Shown here: in pieces, positions 1 through 8,120 of the stretch
Layout of the letters: every line of letters starts with the position of its first letter
Numbering within the stretch: position 1 is the first letter of the stretch
Origin: a virus
Lineage: Duplodnaviria; Caudoviricetes
Virus record (IMG/VR): IMGVR_UViG_3300006879_000022
Location: 1-24,157 of that record
Direction: 5' to 3' (one strand)
Length of the DNA stretch: 24,157 bases
Made by a program: the position numbers and the translations under genes
Notes under the pieces: model-generated
The model's input: only the letters and a program-made list of their open reading frames with translations
Told to the model about the DNA's origin: nothing
The model's database searches: none

Positions 1-1143
1 TGCTTTTGATAATTGATCAATGGGCTCTGCAAGATTCATATCGGCAAAGCGTTCAAGCACGCTCATGAGTTTCGACATTGACTCTGAAAAGTTACGCGAA
101 CGATCAAGCGCCACACGTTCAACATTCACCCCGTCACTATTACGAATCGACTTGAAAATATCCTCTTGATTGGCGGTACTCATTATGGTCTTAGCACCGC
201 CTTTGCTGAACCTGCCAATTAGTGTTCCGTATTGATCATGCCAAAGATTACCTGATATCTGTCCATTTTTCGTATCTTCAGAAATAACATCAATAATTGG
301 CTGTAAGCTTTTTAATACTAATTGACCTTCTTTCTCTTCAAAGACATCACTTCCTACTCTCCGTTTTAAAAATTGCCTATTATCTTCTAGATCACTGATC
401 AAATCTTTGAAATTACTGACCGCTTCCGACACATTTTGTGTGTCGTTACTCTGCATCTGTAGAAACGTCATAATATCTGCAATCATACTTTCAGTAACAG
501 GGCCCCTCCAATCTTTCAGTACTTCATACACCCCATCGATCAGCTCACCACCATTGAACCGTCCATTTTTGTTCTGCCCAATATTTGCCGCAGAATCGAT
601 CACTGCTTGCGGATTTTGGATATTATTTTTAGTTACCATCCAATCAAAGTCAGCTGCCTCTTTACCACTCATGCCTAAGCCAGCCATCGCAATCGCACCA
701 ATCCGCGCCTTATCTTCCAGTTCTTCATACGTTTGCACCCCTCGCGCCACCTCATCAATATATTGGCTAAAGGCCTGTTTATTGACGCCATATTGCAATT
801 GGATATCAAAGAGCAACTGCTTATAACGTTCCATCTCTTTAGTGGAAAGATTCGTACGACGTTGCAACTCTCGTAAGCCGTCGTTATATTCCCACACCAT
901 CTTCATGGTTTGCGCACCACCATAGGCAGCCGCGATGTTTTTAGCATATCCAATCAGTGCGTTGCTTTGGCCTTTAAGTGATGCAGTCGTATGTTTGTAT
1001 TGCGCATTCACGCGGTGAGAGTTACGAATTAAGCGCTGAGACATACTATCGACATTACGCGTAATATCTCGAGTCCCACTTGTTACTTTTTTGTCATCAA
1101 GATCGACCACAATCGATGCTTTCATTTCGTTATTAGTCATCAT
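1..1143 (-). CDS. tail tape measure protein (5' part; runs off the window)
   Basis: Not in the ORF track. Manual translation from ATG 1143 (MMTNNEMKASIVVDLDDKKVTSGTRDITRNVDSMSQRLIRNS...) is open to position 1 and predicted helical. It follows the tube and chaperone genes. Confidence 0.85.
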   Translation of the reverse strand, partial: MMTNNEMKASIVVDLDDKKVTSGTRDITRNVDSMSQRLIRNSHRVNAQYKHTTASLKGQSNALIGYAKNIAAAYGGAQTMKMVWEYNDGLRELQRRTNLSTKEMERYKQLLFDIQLQYGVNKQAFSQYIDEVARGVQTYEELEDKARIGAIAMAGLGMSGKEAADFDWMVTKNNIQNPQAVIDSAANIGQNKNGRFNGGELIDGVYEVLKDWRGPVTESMIADIMTFLQMQSNDTQNVSEAVSNFKDLISDLEDNRQFLKRRVGSDVFEEKEGQLVLKSLQPIIDVISEDTKNGQISGNLWHDQYGTLIGRFSKGGAKTIMSTANQEDIFKSIRNSDGVNVERVALDRSRNFSESMSKLMSVLERFADMNLAEPIDQLSKA

Positions 1144-1200
1144 TTTCCCGTCCCTTTAAATAATCAAATACGCAAGCGTTTGCGCATTTGAAGCTTGAGG

Positions 1201-1227
1201 TAAAAAAGGCGCTACAGGAGCGCCTTT
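1201..1227 (-). terminator. intrinsic terminator-like hairpin between tail chaperone and tape measure gene
   Basis: Minus strand AAAGGCGCT-CCTGT-AGCGCCTTTTTTA. Confidence 0.7.
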
Positions 1228-1349
1228 AGATATTCACTCTGAAGGATAAGCTCGCTTCGAGTGAGATGATAGCCATCACGTGATGCTTTAGCAGAGACAA
1301 GCGTTGCAATCCCCTCTAACGCAGAGCGCTCACGCATTATGGCTTTCCC
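1212..1349 (-). other. -1 programmed frameshift extension of the tail chaperone (gpGT-like)
   Basis: GGGAAAG at 1349-1343. The -1 frame is open for 43 codons (AIMRERSALEGIATLVSAKASRDGYHLTRSELILQSEYLKALL) to TAG at 1214-1212. Confidence 0.75.
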
Positions 1350-1720
1350 AGTTTTTTTGCCTCGTCGAGCCGTTTTTGCAAAATAGCATTATCCATTCCT
1401 TGCCACTCTTCATGCTTTGCGTAGAGAAGCTCCAAATCCTTTGATGTCATCTTACCCATCACCGCTAAACTCAAGCCATCAATCTCGCCAACCCGGCGAA
1501 CCGATAGACGAACAATCTCGCGGGATAACTTCGTTGGGCTCACGATTAACTCATAGCCATCAGCCGTTTTACGCACCTCTTCAGAGCGGTCTTGCGCATT
1601 AAAGATTTCACCGGCGGTAAGGGCTTTAAATTCCACCTGCTTTTGGTAAGTGGTCTCGCCATCTATTTCAAGCGCAATACCGTCGAACAACTCAAATGTA
1701 TACTTAGACTGATTCATCAT
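1337..1720 (-). CDS. tail assembly chaperone (FluMu gp41-like)
   Basis: 127 aa between tube and tape measure; motifs 'FKALTAGEIFNAQ' and 'MGKMTSKDLELL'; ends in the slippery sequence G GGA AAG. Confidence 0.85.
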   Translation of the reverse strand: MMNQSKYTFELFDGIALEIDGETTYQKQVEFKALTAGEIFNAQDRSEEVRKTADGYELIVSPTKLSREIVRLSVRRVGEIDGLSLAVMGKMTSKDLELLYAKHEEWQGMDNAILQKRLDEAKKLGKP

Positions 1721-1725
1721 TTCTC

Positions 1726-2088
1726 CTATGCAATTCTTTGGGCTTTTTTCGCTTTATATTCAAGCGTAATGCCTTGACCATTAAACGAAATTGGGGTGGT
1801 ATTCCACGCATTAGCAAGTAGATAGATTTGCCCTGTATCGAGTTCTACTTCAATGGTGACATCTGTCTGATTATTGATTCCTTCAAAATCAGTCTCATAG
1901 TTAGCTGGGACTTGCACCGAGATCATCGCGCCAACGGCTGTCTCGGTATAGCCGTAAAGCTCCTTACCTGTCACGTCATCACGCTGCATGCCGTGGTGAG
2001 TAAAAGTCCCCCCTTCAAGGGTTGGGTATTCGTGACCATTACTGCGAATGGTCACATGCTTAGCAAAATGCATTGGGTTTCTAGCCAT
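1726..2088 (-). CDS. tail tube protein (Mu gpM-like)
   Basis: 120 aa directly after the sheath gene; 'ITVEVELDTGQIYLLANAW'-type Mu tube signature. Confidence 0.9.
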   Translation of the reverse strand: MARNPMHFAKHVTIRSNGHEYPTLEGGTFTHHGMQRDDVTGKELYGYTETAVGAMISVQVPANYETDFEGINNQTDVTIEVELDTGQIYLLANAWNTTPISFNGQGITLEYKAKKAQRIA

Positions 2089-2097
2089 GTTTACTCC

Positions 2098-3555
2098 TTA
2101 CAGGATAAATTGGGTGGTTTCAGCGTAGACCATGAATTGATTGACAAGGTCAGGCTTACTGAGTACATCGATGCGATTACGATCATTCTGATTACGCTCG
2201 ACAATGAGGCTCTCTTGAAAATGCGCCATATTCTCAAAGAGTCCCGCCCATTCAAGCTCACCATATAGAGCGATCAACTCGGCACGGATTGTTTTCGGTT
2301 TCACCACCGCTTGCCCCGGTGAAATATTCGCATCATCATCTGCAAGCTTATGCCGTGGGTATTTCTGTGTAATCCGTGTTCTCACGGCATAGCGCCAATA
2401 CGAGAGCGTATGCGGTGTCATGACATCGAGATAAGAAGGATCAGGTAGACCAAAAGAGTTGGTGCGATACATGGTAATCACTCGCTCAAGTTGAACTTCA
2501 CCGCCATCATTCACGGTTACCGTGCTAATGCCATCATGCAATAAGAGATTACGTTCATTGCGCTCAAAGCGATCTTCCACCGTCGGGGCAATAACCCCTT
2601 TTAGTACTAAGGTCTGAAGTGGTCGAGCCGGATCGATCGCAATGTATTTTGAGACAACCGCACCAAAAGCCGCGGCAATGACATAGCTTGGCGTTGGGCT
2701 ACCGTAAAGCCCTAAACACGAGAGCACATGATCATTACGTTCAACTCCAAATTCAGAGAGCTCACCGAAGGTGCCACTCTTAGCCATATAGGCCATGCCG
2801 TCAATTTGTTGCATCGGCCCCCATCGGAGCATCAGCTCATCACGTAGGGCATTGACGCTATTGGCATCCGTAAAGGGCATAATGATATGTTGATACCAAT
2901 CCTGTCCGAGTGCCACGACTGCATCGGCAAGATCAGGATTGCCCGCACCTTGACTCATCTTTGTAATCTTAAGATCAATGCCTTGTGGGAATTGTTCGCC
3001 AGTGTGGTAGTTGGTCAGGATGGTGATCTCATTTCCGGTCTCACCGCTCCAACGAGCAGTCAGCTCAACAGATTTATCATTGACCGCTGCTATGACCGGC
3101 AATGTCGCTTCATTGATCGCATTTGCAATCAAGGTATTTACTTTGGTGCTATCAGCACCTTGTGGTACCACAACTTGTAGATGAATGCCGGCAATATAGA
3201 GATGAATGACACCGCCATGAAGGGCCTCACCAATTACCTCAATAGCACCTTTTGCTGGGCTTCCCACTGCTTCAAGCGGTAGGGCATAAACGTTTCCTTC
3301 AGCATTATTAGCAAAGAACGCTTTTGCCATAAAATGCCCCATCGAGCCATTTCCAAACGCGGCAATCGCGGCATTCTCATTTTGAATACGGGTAACGTCT
3401 CCCGCTGTTGCGGTGCCATTGTCATTCTTCAGAGAGATCAATAACACCTTATGAAGTGGTGCTGGTGTACCACTCACCGCGCCACTATTATCAAACTCCA
3501 CATAGACAAGCGGTGTGCGGATATTGTTAGGAATACTATTATGTGAGATTGCCAT
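2098..3555 (-). CDS. contractile tail sheath protein (Mu gpL-like)
   Basis: 485 aa; 'IPNNIRTPLVYVEFDNSGA', 'DPARPLQTL', 'ERNLLLHDGIST', 'YPRHKLADD' motifs. Confidence 0.95.
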   Translation of the reverse strand: MAISHNSIPNNIRTPLVYVEFDNSGAVSGTPAPLHKVLLISLKNDNGTATAGDVTRIQNENAAIAAFGNGSMGHFMAKAFFANNAEGNVYALPLEAVGSPAKGAIEVIGEALHGGVIHLYIAGIHLQVVVPQGADSTKVNTLIANAINEATLPVIAAVNDKSVELTARWSGETGNEITILTNYHTGEQFPQGIDLKITKMSQGAGNPDLADAVVALGQDWYQHIIMPFTDANSVNALRDELMLRWGPMQQIDGMAYMAKSGTFGELSEFGVERNDHVLSCLGLYGSPTPSYVIAAAFGAVVSKYIAIDPARPLQTLVLKGVIAPTVEDRFERNERNLLLHDGISTVTVNDGGEVQLERVITMYRTNSFGLPDPSYLDVMTPHTLSYWRYAVRTRITQKYPRHKLADDDANISPGQAVVKPKTIRAELIALYGELEWAGLFENMAHFQESLIVERNQNDRNRIDVLSKPDLVNQFMVYAETTQFIL

Positions 3556-3557
3556 GC

Positions 3558-3737
3558 TTATTCTCCTTTAGTCGTTGATTTGCGAGCAGGCTTTGCTTCT
3601 ACCACGTCGCCTTGCTTAATGCGCTTGAGCCAGAAGCCATTTTTTGGTTTAAGCTCCCCGATTTCAGAAAGAATCTCTTTCGTTTCTGGATCTCTTACGC
3701 TGCGTCCAGTTACAGCTTTCACAAAAATCTTATTCAT
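3558..3737 (-). CDS. Mu gp38-like small protein (DUF2635-like)
   Basis: Start reassigned to ATG 3737 (AGGAG RBS); 'GRSVRDPET...FWLKRIKQGDVV'; immediately upstream of the sheath gene. Confidence 0.85.
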   Translation of the reverse strand: MNKIFVKAVTGRSVRDPETKEILSEIGELKPKNGFWLKRIKQGDVVEAKPARKSTTKGE

Positions 3738-4302
3738 GTTTGTCTCCTGATAATGGTTCATTGGGCTTTGCAAGCGTTTCGATTAACGTCACATCACCGC
3801 CCACCACTTTTTCAAAATATGTTAAGAAGTCATCGATAGAGTCATCACCCTGAAAGATCGGGAACATCTCTTGCTCAAACGTGATGCCATACAGGGTAAA
3901 GCCGTAGCCTTTGGGGATGTTGTGCCAAAGGTTTTCACTCTTAATGTGCCTTAGTGGACCGCCAATTTCGCCCGCTTCATTTGAGAGCTTTTTACCATCG
4001 AGCTTATGCTCAATCCACTCGATAATATGCGTTGCAAGCTCCCGCTCTCTGTCTGTCTGCTTCGCGTTATTGACTCGCATAAAGAGCAGGATTGACCAGG
4101 TATGTGTCTTCTCATTGAGCCTGTTAGCACGATTCCCAAGCCACGTCACAAAGAGTGACGGCGTTGCTTGGATATGGGTTCGAACATCTGAATCTGTCCA
4201 AAGCCCATCAAAAGGGAGCACCTTGCGGACCACTTTCTTAAACTCGTCCTCAAGCCACTCAACGAGCGCTCGCTGCATAATCGTTACGGCAGAATCTTGC
4301 AT
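3730..4302 (-). CDS. Mu gp37-like tail completion/terminator protein
   Basis: Synteny between gp36 and gp38; 'SENLW' and C-terminal 'IDDFLTY' motifs. Confidence 0.7.
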   Translation of the reverse strand: MQDSAVTIMQRALVEWLEDEFKKVVRKVLPFDGLWTDSDVRTHIQATPSLFVTWLGNRANRLNEKTHTWSILLFMRVNNAKQTDRERELATHIIEWIEHKLDGKKLSNEAGEIGGPLRHIKSENLWHNIPKGYGFTLYGITFEQEMFPIFQGDDSIDDFLTYFEKVVGGDVTLIETLAKPNEPLSGDKHE

Positions 4303-4742
4303 TAGATAAACCCCTTAGCGTCCTTACGCCCCCAAACAGTGCCCCCAGATTGAACGATTGCACTCATCTCATTGAGTTCAGGCAATTCATCATTCTCATC
4401 CAGTCCCAACGTTGTTTCGCCATTTTTGAGTGCTTCCAACCGCTCAATCGAGCGCTCATAATCCTTGACGGCAGCTTTAGTACGTTCGCCTTTCTCCATG
4501 TAATAGCGCGCAATATGGCTGGCAATCTGCACTAATTGGGGGCTTGTTGCTGTGAGTGGCAACTTATAGCGTGCCGAAATATATTCATCAATCTCGGCAC
4601 TTGCTTGCTTAAGCGCTAACTCAACCGCCTTTTCATTGATCGTATCTCGATCTTTTTCATCACGATAGGAGATATCGATAATGTCTTGCTTCTCGTAACG
4701 CTCAAGCAGATCAGCAAGTGTCGCGTAAGGTTTACTTATCAT
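4302..4742 (-). CDS. Mu gp36 (gpJ, DUF1320-like) head-tail adaptor
   Basis: 'YATLADLLERY', 'ASAEIDEYISARYKLPL', 'IARYY', C-terminal 'VWGRKDAKGFI'. Confidence 0.9.
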   Translation of the reverse strand: MISKPYATLADLLERYEKQDIIDISYRDEKDRDTINEKAVELALKQASAEIDEYISARYKLPLTATSPQLVQIASHIARYYMEKGERTKAAVKDYERSIERLEALKNGETTLGLDENDELPELNEMSAIVQSGGTVWGRKDAKGFI

Positions 4743-5373
4743 GACGTTCTACCGCATCAATCTGAATGTATGGGTCATTACGCAACAGATCAAAAAGGAC
4801 TTTGTTCACCGTAATCACTCGGTACTGAAGGGTAAAATCATGCCCACCACGAATTCGGCTGGAGATCCCACAATTGGGTTTTACGCGAGCGCGGATCGTC
4901 ATGTTGTCACGACCGTTCCACTCAAGTACTGTTTCTTCAGGTGCTTGTGATGGATGACCGATTACTTCACGGTAAGCTAGGGCTTCTAGCTCTGCATTTC
5001 TATGCTTAAGTGCTGCATTCTCTTTTTCAAGAGCATCAACACGATCAACGGACAATTCCACTTGGCCAGCGAAAAGATCATCAAATGCAACCTCTCCGGC
5101 TTTGAGCGATCCATCTTCTTGACGGATCTCAACGGCAACCATCTGATTCGGGATTATAAACACGCCATTTCCTAGTTCCAACTCTTCACTATCCGCTGGA
5201 GACGCCAGCGCCACATTCTCCGCACTTTCCGGATCTGTAACTTTCGTAGTTTCCGCATAAATTAACTCTGATAAATCCGCTTTAGTCGCACGCGACTTAT
5301 ATTCAAGACCGAGTGCATTGGCTTTCTCTCGGAGCTCTTCAGCACTCAATTCCATTAATTCTTCGATAGACAT
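4732..5373 (-). CDS. Mu gp35/HI1506-like protein with N-terminal HeH/Rho-N-like module
   Basis: N-terminal 'ELSAEELREKANALGLEYKSRATKADLSELI', central coiled coil, C-terminal 'RIRGGHDF...LRNDPYI'; lies between capsid and gp36. Confidence 0.6.
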   Translation of the reverse strand: MSIEELMELSAEELREKANALGLEYKSRATKADLSELIYAETTKVTDPESAENVALASPADSEELELGNGVFIIPNQMVAVEIRQEDGSLKAGEVAFDDLFAGQVELSVDRVDALEKENAALKHRNAELEALAYREVIGHPSQAPEETVLEWNGRDNMTIRARVKPNCGISSRIRGGHDFTLQYRVITVNKVLFDLLRNDPYIQIDAVERHDK

Positions 5374-5562
5374 TTATTTCTCCTTATTTTCTACGGCTGC
5401 GCGAACCATACAATCTTTAGCTTCTAATAGCTTACGAAGACCAGCACTTTTTTCATCACTATCTGGTAAAGTCTTATCGAGTTCTAATGCAACATCACAA
5501 ATTGGCGCACTAATAGCCTGTAAATGAAGGGGCAAGTGCTTATAAGTAAAAAACTTTCTCAT
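5374..5562 (-). CDS. small helical-hairpin phage protein, possibly Acb2/Tad1-like
   Basis: 62 aa with strong AAGGAG RBS; 'FFTYKHLP..LQ' and 'LPDSDEKSAGLRKLLEAKDCMVRA'. The gene is well supported, the function is tentative. Confidence 0.7.
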   Translation of the reverse strand: MRKFFTYKHLPLHLQAISAPICDVALELDKTLPDSDEKSAGLRKLLEAKDCMVRAAVENKEK

Positions 5563-5577
5563 TATTTACTCCTTAAA

Positions 5578-5606
5578 GTGGGCGCTCTCGTTGCAAGAGC
5601 GCTCCA
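5578..5606 (-). terminator. stem-loop downstream of the major capsid gene (weak terminator or mRNA stabiliser)
   Basis: Minus strand GAGCGCTCT-TGCAACG-AGAGCGCCC followed by only ACTTT. Confidence 0.55.
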
Positions 5607-5623
5607 TTACATATTCATCAGGA

Positions 5624-6523
5624 TTAAAGGTAGTCGTAGACCATCAGTTCTAATCGACCTTTAAGCTCGTTGCTCGATGCCGCATCTAATTCGCGCTCGA
5701 GTAAACGCGTTGCCTCTTTTTCAAGCTCAGGCGGTACCACTAAGATCGTCGGTTTAATGCCGAGCTTCTTCCCACCATCACCTTCAATTGCACGCATCTT
5801 TTGGATCACATCCCAAAGGTTATCGGCATTGAGTTCTGCTTTACTCATGTGGGCCATCTGCCAGAATCCGAAGCCAACATTGCAACGGACACGGGTACCG
5901 TAACGGAACTGGTCATAGGTAAAGACGTTTTCATCATCCACTTTATCCATCGCAGTGAGTTCAACCGCATCACGTTCTTGGAAAATGAGTGGTTTGATTG
6001 CACGAGAGCAATCAAGCACATACCAACCGGGGCCTTCACCCACGGTGATATTGCTCACTTTATTGGCCGTCCCTGTTCCATCGTGTTTACTATTTACAGG
6101 ATGCTCAGCATCAAAGAAGTTCTGCCCGTCGTAACACGGTGTTTTATCGCCCGCCGCAAGAAGCTCCCCGACTAATTGATCCGGGAATACTGCTGCACTT
6201 CGTCCAAGCTCTTCAAAAAGTGGGCCATAGATGCCGACGTTATCGTCGTCAATATCGACACGATCAACACCGATAGTGCTCTCGAACTTTTTATTAACGA
6301 TGTTATAACCGCTGTTGGTAATATCCTGAATCACACGAGCACCCACCCATTCGCGTAGTGCCGGCATATTGCCAAGCCATCCGTATGTCGTGCTGGATGT
6401 ATTCGACTTCGTACGAGTCGCTAACTTCAAATATTGTGATTCTGCTTGTGATAAACCATTTTGGAATGATTTATCAAACCCCACATTTAGCGCCTTAATT
6501 AGCGCATGACTAATTGCTGCCAT
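5624..6523 (-). CDS. major capsid protein (Mu gpT-like)
   Basis: 'YGWLGNMPALREWVG', 'CYDGQNFFDAEHPV', 'WYVLDCSRAIKPLIFQER', 'GFGFWQMA'. Confidence 0.95.
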   Translation of the reverse strand: MAAISHALIKALNVGFDKSFQNGLSQAESQYLKLATRTKSNTSSTTYGWLGNMPALREWVGARVIQDITNSGYNIVNKKFESTIGVDRVDIDDDNVGIYGPLFEELGRSAAVFPDQLVGELLAAGDKTPCYDGQNFFDAEHPVNSKHDGTGTANKVSNITVGEGPGWYVLDCSRAIKPLIFQERDAVELTAMDKVDDENVFTYDQFRYGTRVRCNVGFGFWQMAHMSKAELNADNLWDVIQKMRAIEGDGGKKLGIKPTILVVPPELEKEATRLLERELDAASSNELKGRLELMVYDYL

Positions 6524-6525
6524 AT

Positions 6526-7056
6526 TTAAGCTCCTTCTTGTTCAAGTAAGATCTTTAAGTATTCCGCTTCATCGATGCCAAGCATACGTGCGGCCTCTTT
6601 CTCCTCTTCAGTGAGTTCTGTTTTCACAGCATCTACCGCCGCGTCGACTACTTGTGATTCATCGGAGAGTGCTGCAATGGGCGCACGTGCATTAATCGTG
6701 GCAGAGAGCGCCGCAATCCCGTATTGACTTCCAAGCGCCTTTAAGTTCGCAATCTCCGATTGCATTACTCGGCCAGTTTTACGCCCCTTCTCGATAATGC
6801 TGTTAATTTGAGAGGCATTGCTTTTATTGGATAGCGCCGCGATCTGCTTATACGCATCATTGAGCGCTTCACGCGGTGCCCATTTAAGCGGATCAACCTG
6901 TTTTGCACGGAGATCGGCAATCGTCTCTTCAGCGGTTGCCTCTTTAGCTAATAGTTGATTGATTTTCTCAAGTGCTTGGTCAGTGACTTCAGCAATGGTT
7001 TCTTCGGTGGCTTCTAAACCAAGCGCGGCAAGAAGCTTCAGTAAATACTCGTTCAT
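6526..7056 (-). CDS. internal in-frame scaffold protein (Mu gpZ-like)
   Basis: In-frame ATG 7056 (MNEYLLKLLAALGL) preceded by AGGAG; Mu I/Z uses the same arrangement. Confidence 0.7.
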   Translation of the reverse strand: MNEYLLKLLAALGLEATEETIAEVTDQALEKINQLLAKEATAEETIADLRAKQVDPLKWAPREALNDAYKQIAALSNKSNASQINSIIEKGRKTGRVMQSEIANLKALGSQYGIAALSATINARAPIAALSDESQVVDAAVDAVKTELTEEEKEAARMLGIDEAEYLKILLEQEGA

Positions 7057-7608
7057 AGAGTCTCCTGTTGTGGGTAAGTCAGTAAAAGAATTGGATAGTG
7101 CAGCGAGTTGATTGAGTGCTGCAAGGTTAGTAAGGCCTTTAAGGTTGGTTAAGGCAGGATCATTGGTGAGCGCAACATTCATCAAAAGGTCAGGCTTGCC
7201 CGATTCATCATAAGTAAATGTGGCACTTAAACCGGTGTACTCTTCATCATCAACCATTTGCTTGGCACGCTTAGTCCAGCGAGGTTTGACCCAAAGGCCA
7301 TCCTTTTGCCACTTGATATCATCTGGATAGATCCAAGCCGCCGCAGGAACAGGTTCTGGCTGTTCACCATTTTGGGATTTAAGTGCTGCAAAAAGCCAAG
7401 CATGCTCATAATCGACCATGATCTTGCCCTTAGCATTCACTTGGTTGATTAAACGATCCGCCACTGATTGATCCATAAACCAGCCTTTTTTAAGGTTTGG
7501 TTCATGGGGGCGACCATCTTGCGCACGAAAATAACCCGCAGGGAGAACCTGTCTCCAGCCATCCTCTTGTGCAAGCGCCGTATGTAGAAATGCAATTTTG
7601 CGTGACAT
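6526..7608 (-). CDS. prohead protease/scaffold (Mu gpI-like)
   Basis: 'PAGYFRAQDGRP', 'VDYEH', 'PAAAWI', 'WTKRA', 'VALTNDPAL'; C-terminal 'LTEEEKEAARMLGI'. Confidence 0.95.
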   Translation of the reverse strand: MSRKIAFLHTALAQEDGWRQVLPAGYFRAQDGRPHEPNLKKGWFMDQSVADRLINQVNAKGKIMVDYEHAWLFAALKSQNGEQPEPVPAAAWIYPDDIKWQKDGLWVKPRWTKRAKQMVDDEEYTGLSATFTYDESGKPDLLMNVALTNDPALTNLKGLTNLAALNQLAALSNSFTDLPTTGDSMNEYLLKLLAALGLEATEETIAEVTDQALEKINQLLAKEATAEETIADLRAKQVDPLKWAPREALNDAYKQIAALSNKSNASQINSIIEKGRKTGRVMQSEIANLKALGSQYGIAALSATINARAPIAALSDESQVVDAAVDAVKTELTEEEKEAARMLGIDEAEYLKILLEQEGA

Positions 7609-7682
7609 AAAAAAAGCCCTGTATTGAATACAGAGCTATTGTGGAATGCAGAGAGGGTAAACGTGGATTATAACGTTTTAAA
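7609..7682 (-). promoter_or_regulatory. putative Mor/C-activated late promoter for the head genes (PI-like)
   Basis: TTTAAAACGTTATAAT-23 nt-CACAAT, then hairpin and T-run, then ATG; same layout as 14934-15010. Confidence 0.65.
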
Positions 7683-7789
7683 GCTTATTGCATTTAAGCG
7701 CTTGAATTTAAAAAAACTTATCTCCATCTTATATTTAAGAGGCTAATTAGGCTTCTTTTTTATTAACTTTTCACCAAGGGAGGTGAAGC

Positions 7790-8092
7790 ATGGCTTTAGC
7801 TAAATATAAAATAACATTACTAAATGAGTTTGAGGCACGCAATGATGATTGGACTTACGCCGATTTTGAAAACAGACTCGGAGAGCTCAGAAAAGGCACA
7901 TCCTATCATGATGCAAAATCTACCATTTCCGATGCACATAAGGAAGGGAAATGGCCTAAGACGGTAAAAAGATACCTTATTAGCAACCGAAAAACTATGG
8001 GTAGCTGGGTAGATATAGCACACAATATTTTGGGCTCTCTACCTGAAGCACAAAGGGAGGAGTGGATCAAAGAAGCAAATCAGGCAGAATAA
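7790..8092 (+). CDS. accessory (moron) protein of unknown function, antisense to the late operon
   Basis: 100 aa, very strong RBS AAGGGAGGTG, AT-rich upstream region with TATATT at 7730-7735; does not overlap other genes. Confidence 0.85.
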   Translation: MALAKYKITLLNEFEARNDDWTYADFENRLGELRKGTSYHDAKSTISDAHKEGKWPKTVKRYLISNRKTMGSWVDIAHNILGSLPEAQREEWIKEANQAE

Positions 8093-8120
8093 CTCCCTCT
8101 AGCAGTCTTTATAAAGCATA

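Noticed and set aside
407-826. 139-aa plus-strand ORF and the other plus-strand ORFs over the late genes (e.g. 1828-2268, 3911-4309, 5801-6175, 13628-13993)
   Set aside because: Antisense shadows of well-supported structural genes, with no convincing RBS and atypical composition.
1726-4742. Stand-alone tailocin, eCIS or T6SS locus
   Set aside because: Capsid, portal and terminase genes are present and open, so this is a phage morphogenesis module.
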